Shown here: positions 1 to 9,363 of the stretch, in pieces
How the letters are laid out: each line of letters starts with the position of its first letter
How positions within the stretch are numbered: position 1 is the stretch's first letter
Assembly (NCBI GenBank): GCA_030141605.1
Contig: JAQGDQ010002480.1
Location: 1 to 21,464 of the forward strand
Length of the DNA stretch: 21,464 bases
Source: Tubiluchus corallicola
Taxonomy: Eukaryota > Animalia > Priapulida
Direction of reading: 5' to 3'
Notes under the pieces: model-generated
What the model was told of the DNA's origin: nothing
The model's database searches: none
The model's input: the letters and a program-made list of their open reading frames with translations, nothing else
Made by a program: the position numbers and the translations under genes

Positions 1-399
1 CATAAATCCCCACAAAAATGCTTGCATAACCTTGGAGATGCCTACATAGGCAGGATGTAAGTTTTTCTCTACAGCAATTTCCTCTAAGGTTTTTGCGTTT
101 CGTATTTTAGTTAAATAGTTGCTAAAGCCCATGTCGCCCCATTCCATTCTTGACACACGCCCCGAGACATCCACTACAAAATATTGCATCATTGTTCCCG
201 TGCGCTCTGCAAAGGCTTGTTCATGGTAATACACAGCAGTGGTAGAGAGCACTTGGGTTAGTAGTTGTGGAGCTTCTGGAGAGGATGGAGCATTAGGGTT
301 TGTATTTAATTCCGTAAAATCTCTACATGAAAAAACAATACCTGCTATTAAAGTAGCTAAAACTAATGTCCTACTAAAATGTTTTATCTTCTCATTCAT
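1..399 (-). CDS. susD: SusD/RagB-family outer-membrane lipoprotein, N-terminal 133 aa (continues off the window edge; not in the ORF track)
   Basis: Manual translation from ATG at 399: MNEKIKHFSRTLVLATLIAGIVFSCRDFTELNTNPNAPSSPEAPQLLTQVL...AYVGISKVMQAFLWGFM. Lipobox VFSC followed by the typical SusD start 'DFTELNTNPN'. Begins 23 bp downstream of the susC stop. Confidence 0.9.
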   Translation of the reverse strand, partial: MNEKIKHFSRTLVLATLIAGIVFSCRDFTELNTNPNAPSSPEAPQLLTQVLSTTAVYYHEQAFAERTGTMMQYFVVDVSGRVSRMEWGDMGFSNYLTKIRNAKTLEEIAVEKNLHPAYVGISKVMQAFLWGFM

Positions 400-422
400 A
401 ATTCTTTCAATTTTCAATTAAA

Positions 423-3400
423 TTAAAACTCTAAAGATACTTTTACTCCCGCTGGCATTACCCAAGGCATGATATTATATCTTTCTACACCTTGCCTAAA
501 ACCACTATCACTTACTTGAAAAGCATTTTCAGGATCTATTCCTATTCCTGCCGCAGTCCATAATATAATGTTTCTACTAAAAACAGAAATCGTGGCATTT
601 TTATAAACACTTTTTGTAGTATTCCAGTAGGAAGTTGATATGACAAAGAGACTTCACGTAATTTAATATAAGAAGCACTATAAATAGATAGCACAGGGAA
701 AAAACCGCCACTTGGAGGTGAAACCTCTGAATGAGGTTTGAATATAGTTGTTGCTCCTCCAAAATTTTCTATATAGTTACCATTTTCATCTTGATAAACT
801 CCTGGAATAAAGGTGTCATCACCTCCATTTAGCCCTCCGTATGCAGGAGTAGGACCACCTACAAAGACACCAGGGCCTGAAAACATTTCTTGATTTTCCC
901 TAATATAATCAACTAACTCTTGCCCTTCTCTTCCCTCCTGTCTCTACTCCTTGCACCCTATCTAATGTCTTTAAATAGAATCGGGAGTATACCATCGTTT
1001 GTGAGAAAAACTCTCCTCCTATCCTACAATCAAACACTGCACTAAACGACCAGTTTTTATATTTAAGTCCAGTTGTTATTCCTAAAAGGAAATCATTGTT
1101 GTAGTTCCCCGCTACTATATTAAACTCCTGACCTTGTTGCAATTGGCTATTGTTGTTTAGTAGTGGCCAATTATAATATGGCGAATTTTCGTCTTCTACT
1201 CTAACATAATCTCTAATCCACATATCACCCAGCATATCGCCCTCAACAGCTAAATATTTCACCCCTCCTCTTTCTCTTACAACCTCTTCTTCATATAACA
1301 ACAACCTTCCTTCTTCTCCTAATAATTCTGCTGGTAGTTTTTTTACAATTGTTCTGTTTCTGGTAAAATTAAAGCCTAAATCCCAGCGAAAGTTATTGGC
1401 TTGGTATGGAGTAGTATTTAATGCAATCTCCCAGCCTTTACTTCTTAAAACTCCTGCATTAACATACTTTTTGGAATAACCCACAGCAGGCGTTATGGTT
1501 ATAGGAAGAATTTGGTTTCTATTGTCCACCCTATAAGCTGTAACATCTAATGAGACTCGTCCTTTAAAAAGGACTAAATCTATGCCCAGCTCTTCAGAAG
1601 TCGCTATTTCAGGTTTCAATTCACTATTAAACAGTATGTCGTTAGTAGATATCCTTGGTATGTTTCCCCAAAAGTCATCAAAAGAAGCCGTTGCATATAA
1701 ATTATATGGATCAGTATCATTACCCACTTGTGCCCAACCACCTCTTATCTTTACTAATGGCAACCATTTAGGCATTTCGTTAAATATATCAGAAACAATA
1801 ACGCTCAAAGATAGTGATGGATAGAAATAAGAGCGATTATTTTCTGGTAATGTGCTAGACCAATCATTTCTTGCCGTTACATCTAAAAAAGCTATATTAT
1901 TATATCCGAAACTAGCCATTCCGTATAAGCTATAAATAGCCTTTTCGTATGTTGAATTTGTAGAAAACAAATAACCTTTAGACAACACATTGGATAGCCT
2001 ATATACCCCTGGCAAGGTTAATCTTTCCGCCTTGTTCACATTGTCATCACGATGTTGATACATGGCATTTCCTCCTATGGAAGCAGATACTTGAAATAAC
2101 TCTGTAGATTTATCATATGTGATTAAAAAATCCATATTTTTTTCTCTAAATCCTTTATATTGCAAATAATATGAGCCTTCTGGTCTTTCAGAGTAGCCTT
2201 GTGATATTCTACCTTCTCTTCTCTCATTATATATATCAAATGATACTCTTCCAAAAACACTCAATTCTTGCAGGATTTGATAATCTAACTTCACATTACC
2301 ATAGGTTCTATCTCTCGTAAACCCATTAATTACTTCATTTGCCATAAAGTAGGGGTTGTTATGCCCAACATTTCCTTCTGGATCATAAATTGTGTTTTGC
2401 GTAATATTCTCTTCTTTCCAATAGTTCTTGAAGTCTCTAATGTCATACTCTACGGGTATAAACAGTGCTGTATGTAATGCGCTCCCTCCTTTTCTTTCTT
2501 CTTCATCTCCCGCTACATATTCACCTCTATCCCCTACTGGTCTATTATTAGAGGATGTTTGAGTTAGGTTGAAGTTCGAAGAAAGTTTTATCTTATCTGT
2601 AAGATTATAGACAGGTGCTACTGTAAAGGTTTTTCTTTCCAAATCAGTATTGGGAATTATACCTTTGTTTTGCATATCTGTAAAAGACAACCTAAAACTT
2701 CCTTTGTCATAATTTCCTGACACTCCAATATTGTTCGTCAATGTATGCCCCGTTGGATTTAAAAAATTCTGTAAATTAGGATGAGTTTTCAACTCAATAT
2801 CTCTATCATAAAATGGAGAGTATACAGTAACTCCTTTATCTAAAGGCAATCCTCCGCTATGAGATACAAAATCTGCCCACTGTCCTAATCCTCCTGATGA
2901 AAAAAGGTTGTGATATGCCTTATCAGGCAAATAGCTATAAGGGATATCAAAAACCACACTAGAGTTGAAAGAGACTCCTATTCCTCTTCTACTAGTTTGA
3001 CCTGACTTTGTTGTAATAAGAATCACTCCATTACCTGCCCTTGAACCATACAATGCAGCTGCACTTGGACCTTTCAAAACAGATATGCTTTCTATGTCAT
3101 CAGGGTTTATATCAGAGATGGGGTTGCCAAAATCTACATATACGTCTTGACCTGTTTGGCTCACATTCTCTCTAAAAGAATTAGAAACAGGAACACCATC
3201 TATTACAAACAAAGGCTGATTGTCATTACTCAAAGAGGTTTGCCCACGTATTACAATACTCATAGAAGCCCCGGGGTCACCACTGGTAGCGTTAATTTGC
3301 ACTCCTGCTACTTTACTTGATAGCGCCCCAAGTACATTTTCTTGTGGGGTAATAGCTAGCTCCTCATTTTCAATATTTCCTACTGAGTATCCTAAAGAGC

Positions 3401-3755
3401 GTTGTTCCCTTTCAATGCCTAGGGCCGTTACCACTACTCCATCAAGCTCTTGCGTGTCTTCCGACATCTTTACATCAATCTCTGTTCTGTTATTTACATT
3501 GTCTCTAATAGGAATAAATCCTACCGAAGTAAATACCAAAATATCGCTATCATGAACATTTAACGAGTACTCTCCATTGCCATCAGAAATCGTTCCTATG
3601 TTCGTCCCATCCACTACAATATTTACACCTGGCAAAGCTTCACCTGCCATATCTGTAACTTTACCTTTTACAGTGATTATGTTTTGTGCAAAAGCACTTC
3701 CGACAATCATTAACAAAGCTAAACAAAGAAAAAATAACTGCTTATACGAAATCAT
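423..3755 (-). CDS. susC: SusC/RagA-family TonB-dependent transporter (susC1), about 1110 aa after correcting two compensating frameshifts
   Basis: Signal peptide, N-terminal extension, plug motifs (PLFVIDGVP, DINPDDIESISVLKGPSAAALYGSRAGNGVILITTKSG), RNDWSSTLP. Removing 1 nt near 930 joins ...VETGG to REGQELVDYIRENQEMFSGP (ORF 542-886). Adding 1 nt to the T5 run at 598-602 gives ...IKNATISVFSRNIILWT...GIDPE...FRQGVERYNIMPWVMPAGVKVSLEF* (stop 423-425, terminal Phe). ATG 3755 preferred over TTG 3773 because it is colinear with the susC2 start. Confidence 0.93.
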
Positions 3756-3829
3756 ATTTTTAATAAAATCCAATTATACAATAGAAATGTTTACAGATTT
3801 TCTATAAATTAGTAAAGCATTAAAACTCT

Positions 3830-6118
3830 TTATTTTTTTGTTTTTTGTGGTTCGCTTATAATGTTGAGATATCTTCCTAACCAATAAGATAGCAAGAACG
3901 TATCTCCCGTACTCATCATAGAATGACCTCCGCTGCCACTTCCTCTGCTATCAATTGTAAACATGTTGCCATTGTATTTATAAACAGGTCGTTCATCTAA
4001 TGGAATTGCTTCAACAATGGTTTGTCCTCTAAAATTCGATAGTACTTTGTCTCCAGTTCTTATAAAATCCCTTTCTCCCTTTTCTGGATAAAGAAACTCT
4101 ATATCTTTTCTATGGCTATTGTGCACATGCCAATTAATCATATCTAAAGGAAACTCTTTTAAAAACCAAATAGACTCGTCTAAATCATATTCTTTTGCGC
4201 CCGTTAAAGCGTATGTAAAATTATAAAAAGCAAGTCTCTCTGGCCTTTCAAATTCCCAATGATCTTTTATTGCTTCTCTGTATTTACCTTGCAACTCTTT
4301 GTCAAACGCATAAGGATAAAGTGTCCAGTACCCTAAAAAATACATTTCATCATCTGAGTGATTCCAGCTTGAAGATAGTAGTTTACTAAAATCATCAGAG
4401 GCATCAGGTGCTTGTCCTATTATTTTCATAGGTCGCATCAAGTTTTCTAAATATCCATGTTCATTCATCAGCTCAAATGCTTTGTTTTTAAATTTTTCAT
4501 CTCCTGAAAAATGATACGCTGCCTGTAAGAATCCTATAATGTTAGAAGCATTAAGCTTGCGGTCTCCTACTTGTAAAGGGAATTTATTTACATAGTCAGG
4601 ATTCCATCTCGCCCAAGTAGTTGGTTCTCCTGTAATATCTATTAAATACATGTCATTATCTACAATATGGTGGCTCATTTCCATAAAGATTTTCTTTGCT
4701 CTATTTTTCCATGACTCATCCTCAATTATTTCAATAAATAGAGCCAATGCAGGATAATGCCCCACTACCTCATCACTACTTGTGTCACCTTTCCAATCCC
4801 ACTCGTCATCTGTTTCAACAGGTCTCCACTTAGGGCCATATTCTAAAATTCCTCTTCTTTCAAACGAACGAGAAGGGAAACCTTTGATAGGGTTAATATT
4901 ATGCAATCTTTCTACTGCTTCAAATGTTTCATAGCAGTTTTGCAAAGCCACTGGATCTTTTGTTACAGAATATCTAAAAAGCTGCCCCATAAGATACATT
5001 GTAGACCATAGCCCGTCATTGTCAGAGTCTATCATTACTACAGATGATATATCTCCTTTTCTTGCCAAGCTAACATGATCGCTATTAAATCCATTTTTGA
5101 TATGGTGTTGTCTAACTTGATCTTCATAAAACATAGCCTTGTCATGCAGTGTCATTTCTTCAAAGCAAATTTTTCCTAAACCTTTTTTTGTCAACACTAA
5201 TACGCTATTATCTTTTCCCTGTGCTATGTGTTTTACTGTATCATTAGGTAGCCACCTTTCAGAGGCGTAGTAATCATATTTTCCATCATTTCGTTTCACA
5301 AAAGCACCCCATGTAGATCCGAACCACAACGCTGTATCTCCAATTTCTGTTATTGTCGTGATTTCATTCCATGGTAATTTGTTTATTATTTCTCCTACTT
5401 TGTCGTTCTGAGTATCATATATGAAATATCCATTTTGCGTTCCTATAGCTACTTCTTTTCCTTTTTTTGTAATAGCAAAACATGTAAGGTTATTATTGGC
5501 AAATGTAGTGTTTGATAAACTCGTGTTTTCAGGATTAAACACATGCAATGCGCTGGGGCTTAGCAAGTAAAATTTATTGCTCTGTTCTTCAAATTTTATA
5601 TCTATTACCTGATCTAATTTACCTTCCCACAGTACTTTATTGTCTTTGCCATAAACTACCCGCCGACCGTCTGATAATAGAAAGTCAAAATCCCTTCCTC
5701 CACAAAACACTTTTGCCTGTTTCATGTCATGCCTATCATATAATTCTCCTGCCCAAGCATTGCTAAATATCGCTTTATCATCTAGGTACGTAAATTGGTT
5801 TTTATATAAACTTATGTCTACAATATTTTTTGCTGCCATAGGTCTGTGCGAGATATCTTGTTCTAAAGTGGAGCTATATAGAAACTCTCCGCCATAAGGT
5901 CTTAACAAACCGTTTGAGGCAAGAATTTGAACCACTCCGTTGCGGTCACAAAACACTTTTTTTAGTTCTACTTGATTTTTGATATCATTTTCATTTAAAT
6001 AATATTTTACAGCAAAATCTTGAAGGTATGCTTTGTCTTGATAGCCTTCTTTCGTTTCCTTACACGTGCAATAAGTTAAAAAGAGTGAAAGGATTAACAA
6101 TAATTTTAAATATTTCAT
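3830..6118 (-). CDS. Uncharacterised 762-aa probable lipoprotein: N-terminal beta-propeller repeats plus C-terminal acidic/Trp-rich putative catalytic domain
   Basis: Lipoprotein-type signal MKYLKLLLILSLFLTYCTC. Regulator-propeller-like repeats (LPWNEITTITEIGDTALWFGSTWGAF; LPNDTVKHIAQGKDNSVLVLTKKGL). C-terminal motifs DSDNDGLWS, DTSSDEVVGH, NHSDDEM. Intact long ORF within the operon; function unassigned. Confidence 0.75.
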   Translation of the reverse strand: MKYLKLLLILSLFLTYCTCKETKEGYQDKAYLQDFAVKYYLNENDIKNQVELKKVFCDRNGVVQILASNGLLRPYGGEFLYSSTLEQDISHRPMAAKNIVDISLYKNQFTYLDDKAIFSNAWAGELYDRHDMKQAKVFCGGRDFDFLLSDGRRVVYGKDNKVLWEGKLDQVIDIKFEEQSNKFYLLSPSALHVFNPENTSLSNTTFANNNLTCFAITKKGKEVAIGTQNGYFIYDTQNDKVGEIINKLPWNEITTITEIGDTALWFGSTWGAFVKRNDGKYDYYASERWLPNDTVKHIAQGKDNSVLVLTKKGLGKICFEEMTLHDKAMFYEDQVRQHHIKNGFNSDHVSLARKGDISSVVMIDSDNDGLWSTMYLMGQLFRYSVTKDPVALQNCYETFEAVERLHNINPIKGFPSRSFERRGILEYGPKWRPVETDDEWDWKGDTSSDEVVGHYPALALFIEIIEDESWKNRAKKIFMEMSHHIVDNDMYLIDITGEPTTWARWNPDYVNKFPLQVGDRKLNASNIIGFLQAAYHFSGDEKFKNKAFELMNEHGYLENLMRPMKIIGQAPDASDDFSKLLSSSWNHSDDEMYFLGYWTLYPYAFDKELQGKYREAIKDHWEFERPERLAFYNFTYALTGAKEYDLDESIWFLKEFPLDMINWHVHNSHRKDIEFLYPEKGERDFIRTGDKVLSNFRGQTIVEAIPLDERPVYKYNGNMFTIDSRGSGSGGHSMMSTGDTFLLSYWLGRYLNIISEPQKTKK

Positions 6119-6150
6119 GGTTTTATATTTTTAGTTGATAATCTTTAATT

Positions 6151-7596
6151 TTAATTAAGTTTCATTATTTCCATCATTTTTAAGCATACTTCTGTATTAT
6201 CCATAAAAGGGCTGAAGTTCTCTTGTTGTACTCCCAATGCTCTAACAGGCACAGGCAAGGCGGTATGCCCTGTTGTTCCCCATCCTACTCCTACTTTTTT
6301 GCTTAAAATTGATTTTACATCATTTACAAAAAGAGAAGCTTTCTTCTCTTTTTTAAACACATCAAATGATTTTTTGAGTTTTGCTGTTTCATCTTCATTT
6401 AATGCCAACCCTTTAGCTTCGCTTCCCAACCCAAAGTTGTCTTCTGCCAAAGCCATTGCTTGAGTAAATGATATGTTATTGTTGTTTTCTTCTAATAATT
6501 TTTTCATGGCAACAGAGGATATTTTTTGATGTTGCAGTTTGTCATAAGCAAAAAATCCTTCTTTGGTAGATGGGCGTAGTAGGCTCAATCCTCCTGTTTC
6601 ATGGTCTGCCCCTACAATAATTAGCGTTTCGTTGGGGTGTCTTTCATAAAATTTTATTGCTTCCTCTACTGCTTTGTCAAAGTCTATTACCTCATGTATA
6701 AGTGTTCCGGGATCATTCATATGGCACGCCCAATCTATCATTCCCCCTTCTACCATAATAAAAAAGCCTTGCTCACCTTCTAATAATTCTATCGCTTTCT
6801 TTGTAAAGTCTGCTAGGGTTATTTCTTCTTTTTTTCTATCTATTGCATAATTCAATGCTGCTCCAGACTCTCCTGTATAAGGCGATGTTATTACTACTTT
6901 CTTGCTTTTGTCTGTAAAATTTACAAATCCCTCTTTTGTGTTGACATATGCATAGTCATGCTTCTTCAAATCTTGTTCTACTAATGTTTCTACTTCATCA
7001 ATCAGCTCTTCCGAGGTCTTATTTGTATTTTTAGATTTTGAGGGCAAAAACTTTCCTCCTGCAAAATAGTCAAACCCTGATTGCCCTGCTTGCAAGGCTA
7101 TTTCAACGTATTCACTTCTGCTTGGCTGATGTGCATAAAAAGCAGCGGGAGTTGCATGATTCAACGAAACCGTAGAAACTATTCCTACTTCATAGCCTTG
7201 TTGTTTTGCTTTTTCGGCAATAGTAGGCAATGCTTCTTTTCTTTTCTCATCCATTCCTATTGTTCCATTAGAAGTTTTTGCACCAGAAGCTAATGCTGTT
7301 CCTCCTGCTCCTGAGTCTGTGATGAAAGCATTGGAGGAATAAGTATTGTAAAAGCTCTGCACAGGAAATTTTGACATTGCTAGTTGAGAAATGCCTTCTT
7401 TGCCACTTATAGCCGCCAAATATGCTTCTGTCAAATTAGCTTGTGCAAGTCCAAATCCATCCCCTATGAATAAAAAAACATATTTAGGTTTCTTTTCGCT
7501 TTCATTAGTGCAAGTACTAAGTGTTATTAATAATAGTAGAGAGATTATTATTTTGAAGGTATGCTTCAAATAAGAATGGTGCGGAGTGTTTTTCAT
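6151..7596 (-). CDS. phoA: Alkaline phosphatase, PhoA family, lipoprotein-anchored
   Basis: FLFIGDG, active-site TDSGAGGTALASG, HATPAAF, FFIMVEGGMIDWACH, ADHETGG and GHT metal-binding motifs. Lipobox LSTC. Confidence 0.93.
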   Translation of the reverse strand: MKNTPHHSYLKHTFKIIISLLLLITLSTCTNESEKKPKYVFLFIGDGFGLAQANLTEAYLAAISGKEGISQLAMSKFPVQSFYNTYSSNAFITDSGAGGTALASGAKTSNGTIGMDEKRKEALPTIAEKAKQQGYEVGIVSTVSLNHATPAAFYAHQPSRSEYVEIALQAGQSGFDYFAGGKFLPSKSKNTNKTSEELIDEVETLVEQDLKKHDYAYVNTKEGFVNFTDKSKKVVITSPYTGESGAALNYAIDRKKEEITLADFTKKAIELLEGEQGFFIMVEGGMIDWACHMNDPGTLIHEVIDFDKAVEEAIKFYERHPNETLIIVGADHETGGLSLLRPSTKEGFFAYDKLQHQKISSVAMKKLLEENNNNISFTQAMALAEDNFGLGSEAKGLALNEDETAKLKKSFDVFKKEKKASLFVNDVKSILSKKVGVGWGTTGHTALPVPVRALGVQQENFSPFMDNTEVCLKMMEIMKLN

Positions 7597-7688
7597 AATT
7601 AATCGGTTTTTTTTATATAAGCCTGCAAAACTGGTGTTAATAATTGTTTAAGTTGTTTGTTTTTAATCAAATAAACTTTAATAAAGTG

Positions 7689-7719
7689 CAATATTAGTGT
7701 CTTTTTTTTTCAAAACAAA
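7689..7719 (-). promoter_or_regulatory. Candidate Bacteroidetes housekeeping promoter for the phoA-762aa-susC1-susD1 unit
   Basis: Minus strand TTTG (7719-7716), 19-nt spacer, TAATATTG (7696-7689); one mismatch to the TAnnTTTG -7 consensus. Confidence 0.4.
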
Positions 7720-7769
7720 AAAATAAAAAGTAAACTTTTCTTATAGTATCATATTAATTGACGTAAGTA

Positions 7770-7822
7770 AACAAAGGGAGCAATGATGACTAAAAACGCA
7801 TCGTGGAGATTTCCCTTTTGTT
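7770..7822 (-). terminator. Imperfect stem-loop just downstream of susD2, possible terminator or mRNA-stabilising hairpin
   Basis: AACAAAGGGA (7770-7779) pairs with TCCCTTTTGTT (7812-7822, one bulge); inner ATGATG/CATCGT pairing. Lies 11 nt after the susD2 stop. The U-tail is weak. Confidence 0.35.
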
Positions 7823-7833
7823 ATCTTTCACAT

Positions 7834-9351
7834 TTAATTTGCATAGCCTGGATTTTGTACTAATACTCCATTGCTGTTGTCTATTTCTTGTTGAGGCAAT
7901 GGAAACACTTTGTTTTTTTTATGTACATAATTTCTTTTACCCCTCACATCATCATGCTCTCTGTCATCACTAGTATATATTTCTTGGGCAAGCTCCCAAC
8001 GGACTAAATCGTAATGCCTATTCTCTTCATAAGCCAATTCACAGCGCCTTTCATGCATTAAATCATTAAAAGACGGGGATGATATGGCTTTACTTTCATC
8101 TCCTCCAAATGCTCTTATTCTCACCTTATTAAAAGATTCTGCCGCCAAAGGCACTCCTAACTCTCTATTGCTTGGTCCCCCTCCTCCTAGCATAATAATA
8201 GCCTCTGCATGAAGCAATAGCACATCGGAATATCTTATAATATGGATATCTAACCCTGATTCCCATCCCAAATATTTTTGTTCATATGGTTCATTATATT
8301 TTACACATATGTAATTAGTATGCCAATTTCCTACCTCTTCTTTTGTTAGAAGAATTTCATTTCCATCAAACTTAAAACTCTCTCCTTCTGTCTCATCATC
8401 TCCAATTTTCAACAATGTAACCTCTCTACGGGTATCACCCTCTTCAAATTCATTATAAAGACTAGCCGTTGGGGAGAAATAATTCCACCCTTGCCCTCCT
8501 GTAATGGAGGCGGGAAGCATAGTAATAGAAGTGATAGTTCCTTTATTCCGCACAGGGGTGCAAACCAAAGACCATATATGCTCTGGTGATTTTTCTCCTG
8601 CTATGGACCAAACGTCTTTATAGTTTGGCAGCAAGTCATGCCCTCCATTATTAATTACTTCTTCACACGCCACTTTGGCATCTTGCCATCTTTTTAAATA
8701 GATATATACCTTTGCTAACAAAGACCAAGCAGCTGTTTTGTTTCCTCTGCCAAAGTTTTCTTTATCTTCTTCCCCTGATGAATGAAACATTTCTATGGAT
8801 TTTGTCAAATAGTTTACTATGTTTTCATAGCTCTCTTCTAATGTTTTTCTTGGCACATTTGTTTCCAAAGGATTTTCCAGGTCATAGAATGGCACACCTC
8901 CATATTTTCTTACCAACTGCCAATAAGAAAATCCAATAAGAAAATTAGCCTCTCCCAATATTCTGTTTTTAGTTATTTCGTCCATATTAATATTAGGAAC
9001 GGTGGCTAACACGTCATTAGCTCTTCGTATAATTGTATAAAAATGAGCCCAATAACTTTGCAGATTGCTTGCTGTGTTTGCATTAGCTGTAAATGAAGTT
9101 ACGTTAATAATTTCTGTTTTTCCTTGATTTTGCACTGTAAAATCATCCCCTGCTGCACTTAACCAAAAAAAGCCTCTGCCATACGCTTCTTCAAAATAGA
9201 GTGGTTCATAAGCTGCATTGATCATTAATTCTGCATCAGCTTCGCTATTTAAACTTCCCCCAACATAGGGTGACTTATCAAGAAAGTTATCACATGAAAA
9301 CAACAATATTGAAAGTGGAAATAGTGTTGCATAATATATAATTCTTTTCAT
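7834..9351 (-). CDS. susD: RagB/SusD-family nutrient-uptake outer-membrane lipoprotein (susD2)
   Basis: Lipobox LFSC; motifs IIRRANDVL, GEANFLIG, YGGVP, AAWSLLAKVY, IRYSDVLLLHAEA, ERRCELAYEENRHYDLVRW, PLPQQEID, QNPGY. Starts 12 bp after susC2. Confidence 0.95.
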   Translation of the reverse strand: MKRIIYYATLFPLSILLFSCDNFLDKSPYVGGSLNSEADAELMINAAYEPLYFEEAYGRGFFWLSAAGDDFTVQNQGKTEIINVTSFTANANTASNLQSYWAHFYTIIRRANDVLATVPNINMDEITKNRILGEANFLIGFSYWQLVRKYGGVPFYDLENPLETNVPRKTLEESYENIVNYLTKSIEMFHSSGEEDKENFGRGNKTAAWSLLAKVYIYLKRWQDAKVACEEVINNGGHDLLPNYKDVWSIAGEKSPEHIWSLVCTPVRNKGTITSITMLPASITGGQGWNYFSPTASLYNEFEEGDTRREVTLLKIGDDETEGESFKFDGNEILLTKEEVGNWHTNYICVKYNEPYEQKYLGWESGLDIHIIRYSDVLLLHAEAIIMLGGGGPSNRELGVPLAAESFNKVRIRAFGGDESKAISSPSFNDLMHERRCELAYEENRHYDLVRWELAQEIYTSDDREHDDVRGKRNYVHKKNKVFPLPQQEIDNSNGVLVQNPGYAN

Positions 9352-9363
9352 AATTTAATTGGT

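Noticed and set aside
542-886. 114-aa ORF as an independent gene
   Set aside because: It contains SusC C-terminal motifs (ASYIKLREVSLSYQLP) and is the middle piece between two frameshifts in susC1.
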